From positions 768,552,001 to 768,616,000 of the forward strand of contig NC_091284.1 of the NCBI RefSeq assembly GCF_032444005.1: a stretch of DNA of 64,000 bases, given 5' to 3'. The notes under the pieces are model-generated. The model was given only the letters and a program-made list of their open reading frames with translations, was not told the DNA's origin and did no database searches. Below, piece by piece: positions 63,046 to 64,000 of the stretch (the stretch's first letter is position 1; the number at the start of each line of letters is the position of its first letter). A program made the position numbers and the translations under genes. This DNA comes from Ranitomeya imitator (lineage: Eukaryota).

Positions 63046-64000
63046 AGATTATTATTATTTATTATTATAGCGCCATTTATTCCATGGCGCTTTACATGTG
63101 AAGAGGGGTATACATAATAACAATTACAATAATCTTGAACAATACAAGTCACAACTGGTACAGGAGGAGAGAGGACCCTGCCCGCGAGGGCTCACAATCT
63201 ACAAGGGATGGGTGAGGATACAGTAGGTAAGGATAGAGCTGGTCATGCAGTGGCTTGGTCGATCGGTGATTACTGCAGGTTGTAGGCTTGCCGGAAGAGG
63301 TAGGTCCTCAGGTTCTTTTTGAAGGGTTCCAGAGTAGGGGTGATGCGCGAGAGAAATCTTGTATGCGATTGTGGGAAGAGGAGATAAGAGGGGAGTAGAG
63401 AAGGAGATCTTGTGAGAATCGGAGGTTGCATGCAGGAAAGTACCGGGAGACGAGGTCACAGATGTATGGAGGAGACAGGTTGTGGATGGCTTTGTATGTC
63501 ATGGTTAGGCTTTTGTACTGGAGTCTCTGGGTAATGGGGAGCCAGTGAAGGGATTGACAGAGGGGAGAGGCTGGGGAATAGCGGGGGGACAGGTGGATTA
63601 GTCGGGCAGCTGAGTTTAGAATAGATTGGAGGGGTGTGAGAGTGTTGGAGGGGAGGCCACAGAGTAGGAGGTTACAGTAGTCGAGGCGGGAGATGATGAG
63701 GGCATGGACTAGAGTTTTTGCAGATTCTTGGTTTAGGAATGTACGAATCCGTGAAATATTTTTGAGTTGAAGGCGGCAGGAAGTGGAAAGGGCTTGGATA
63801 TGCGGTTTGAAGGAGAGATCAGTGTCAAGGACTACCCCGAGACAGCGAGCTTGTGGGACTGGGGAGAGTGGGCAGCCGTTTACTGTAATGGATAGGTTCG
63901 TTGGGGGGGGGGGGGGGGGGTCGCGTGAGATGGGGGAAAGACAATGAATTCTGTTTTGTCCATGTTAAGTTTTAGAAATCTAGCAGAGAAGAAGGATGAA
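63046..64000 (-). mobile_element. L2-clade LINE, 3' end (continues beyond the window)
   Basis: ORF2 C-terminal remnants (RFLKLNMDKTEFIVFPP; TYKAIHNLSPPYI; stop at 63270-63272), 3' stem-loop AGCGCCAT/ATGGCGCT (63069-63091) and (TAA)n tail. Confidence 0.88.

Noticed and set aside
63903-63919. Long G run as a G-quadruplex element
   Set aside because: A simple homopolymer within decayed L2 coding sequence; its length is unreliable in assemblies.
23493-64000. Further ATP8A2 exons (next expected peptide TAKYS...FLPRFL)
   Set aside because: No such sequence with splice signals found by eye; probably beyond the window.

Overview
Eukaryotic (vertebrate, most likely frog/toad; the taxon is an inference) genomic DNA made almost entirely of nested transposable elements and tandem repeats. 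Only one host exon is recognisable: a 145-bp exon at 23348-23492 (+) matching ATP8A2 exon 2, so the window is probably introns 1 and 2 of this P4-ATPase flippase gene. Main elements: a Mag-like Gypsy LTR retrotransposon (1989-8171, -) interrupted by an intact Tc1 transposon with perfect 200-bp TIRs; a non-autonomous piggyBac-like element spanning a 166-N gap; a decayed two-gene Harbinger transposon (14860-22318) with an internal 1.79-kb duplication and an intronic 40-bp hairpin; a 3-kb minisatellite carrying a hAT insertion; a 5.05-kb tandem duplication; three head-to-tail non-autonomous Helitrons, the first interrupted by a young, nearly intact Gmr1-like Gypsy element (SCAN-type gag, PR-INT-RT-RH order); many MITEs; a candidate minimal hammerhead ribozyme; a SINE head; and an L2 LINE 3' end. 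I did not find a clearly new biological system. The best leads are the apparently self-targeting Helitron stack, the Gmr1 element one base from intact, the hammerhead candidate and the intronic hairpin. All comparisons were made by eye and from recalled family knowledge; no searches were run.
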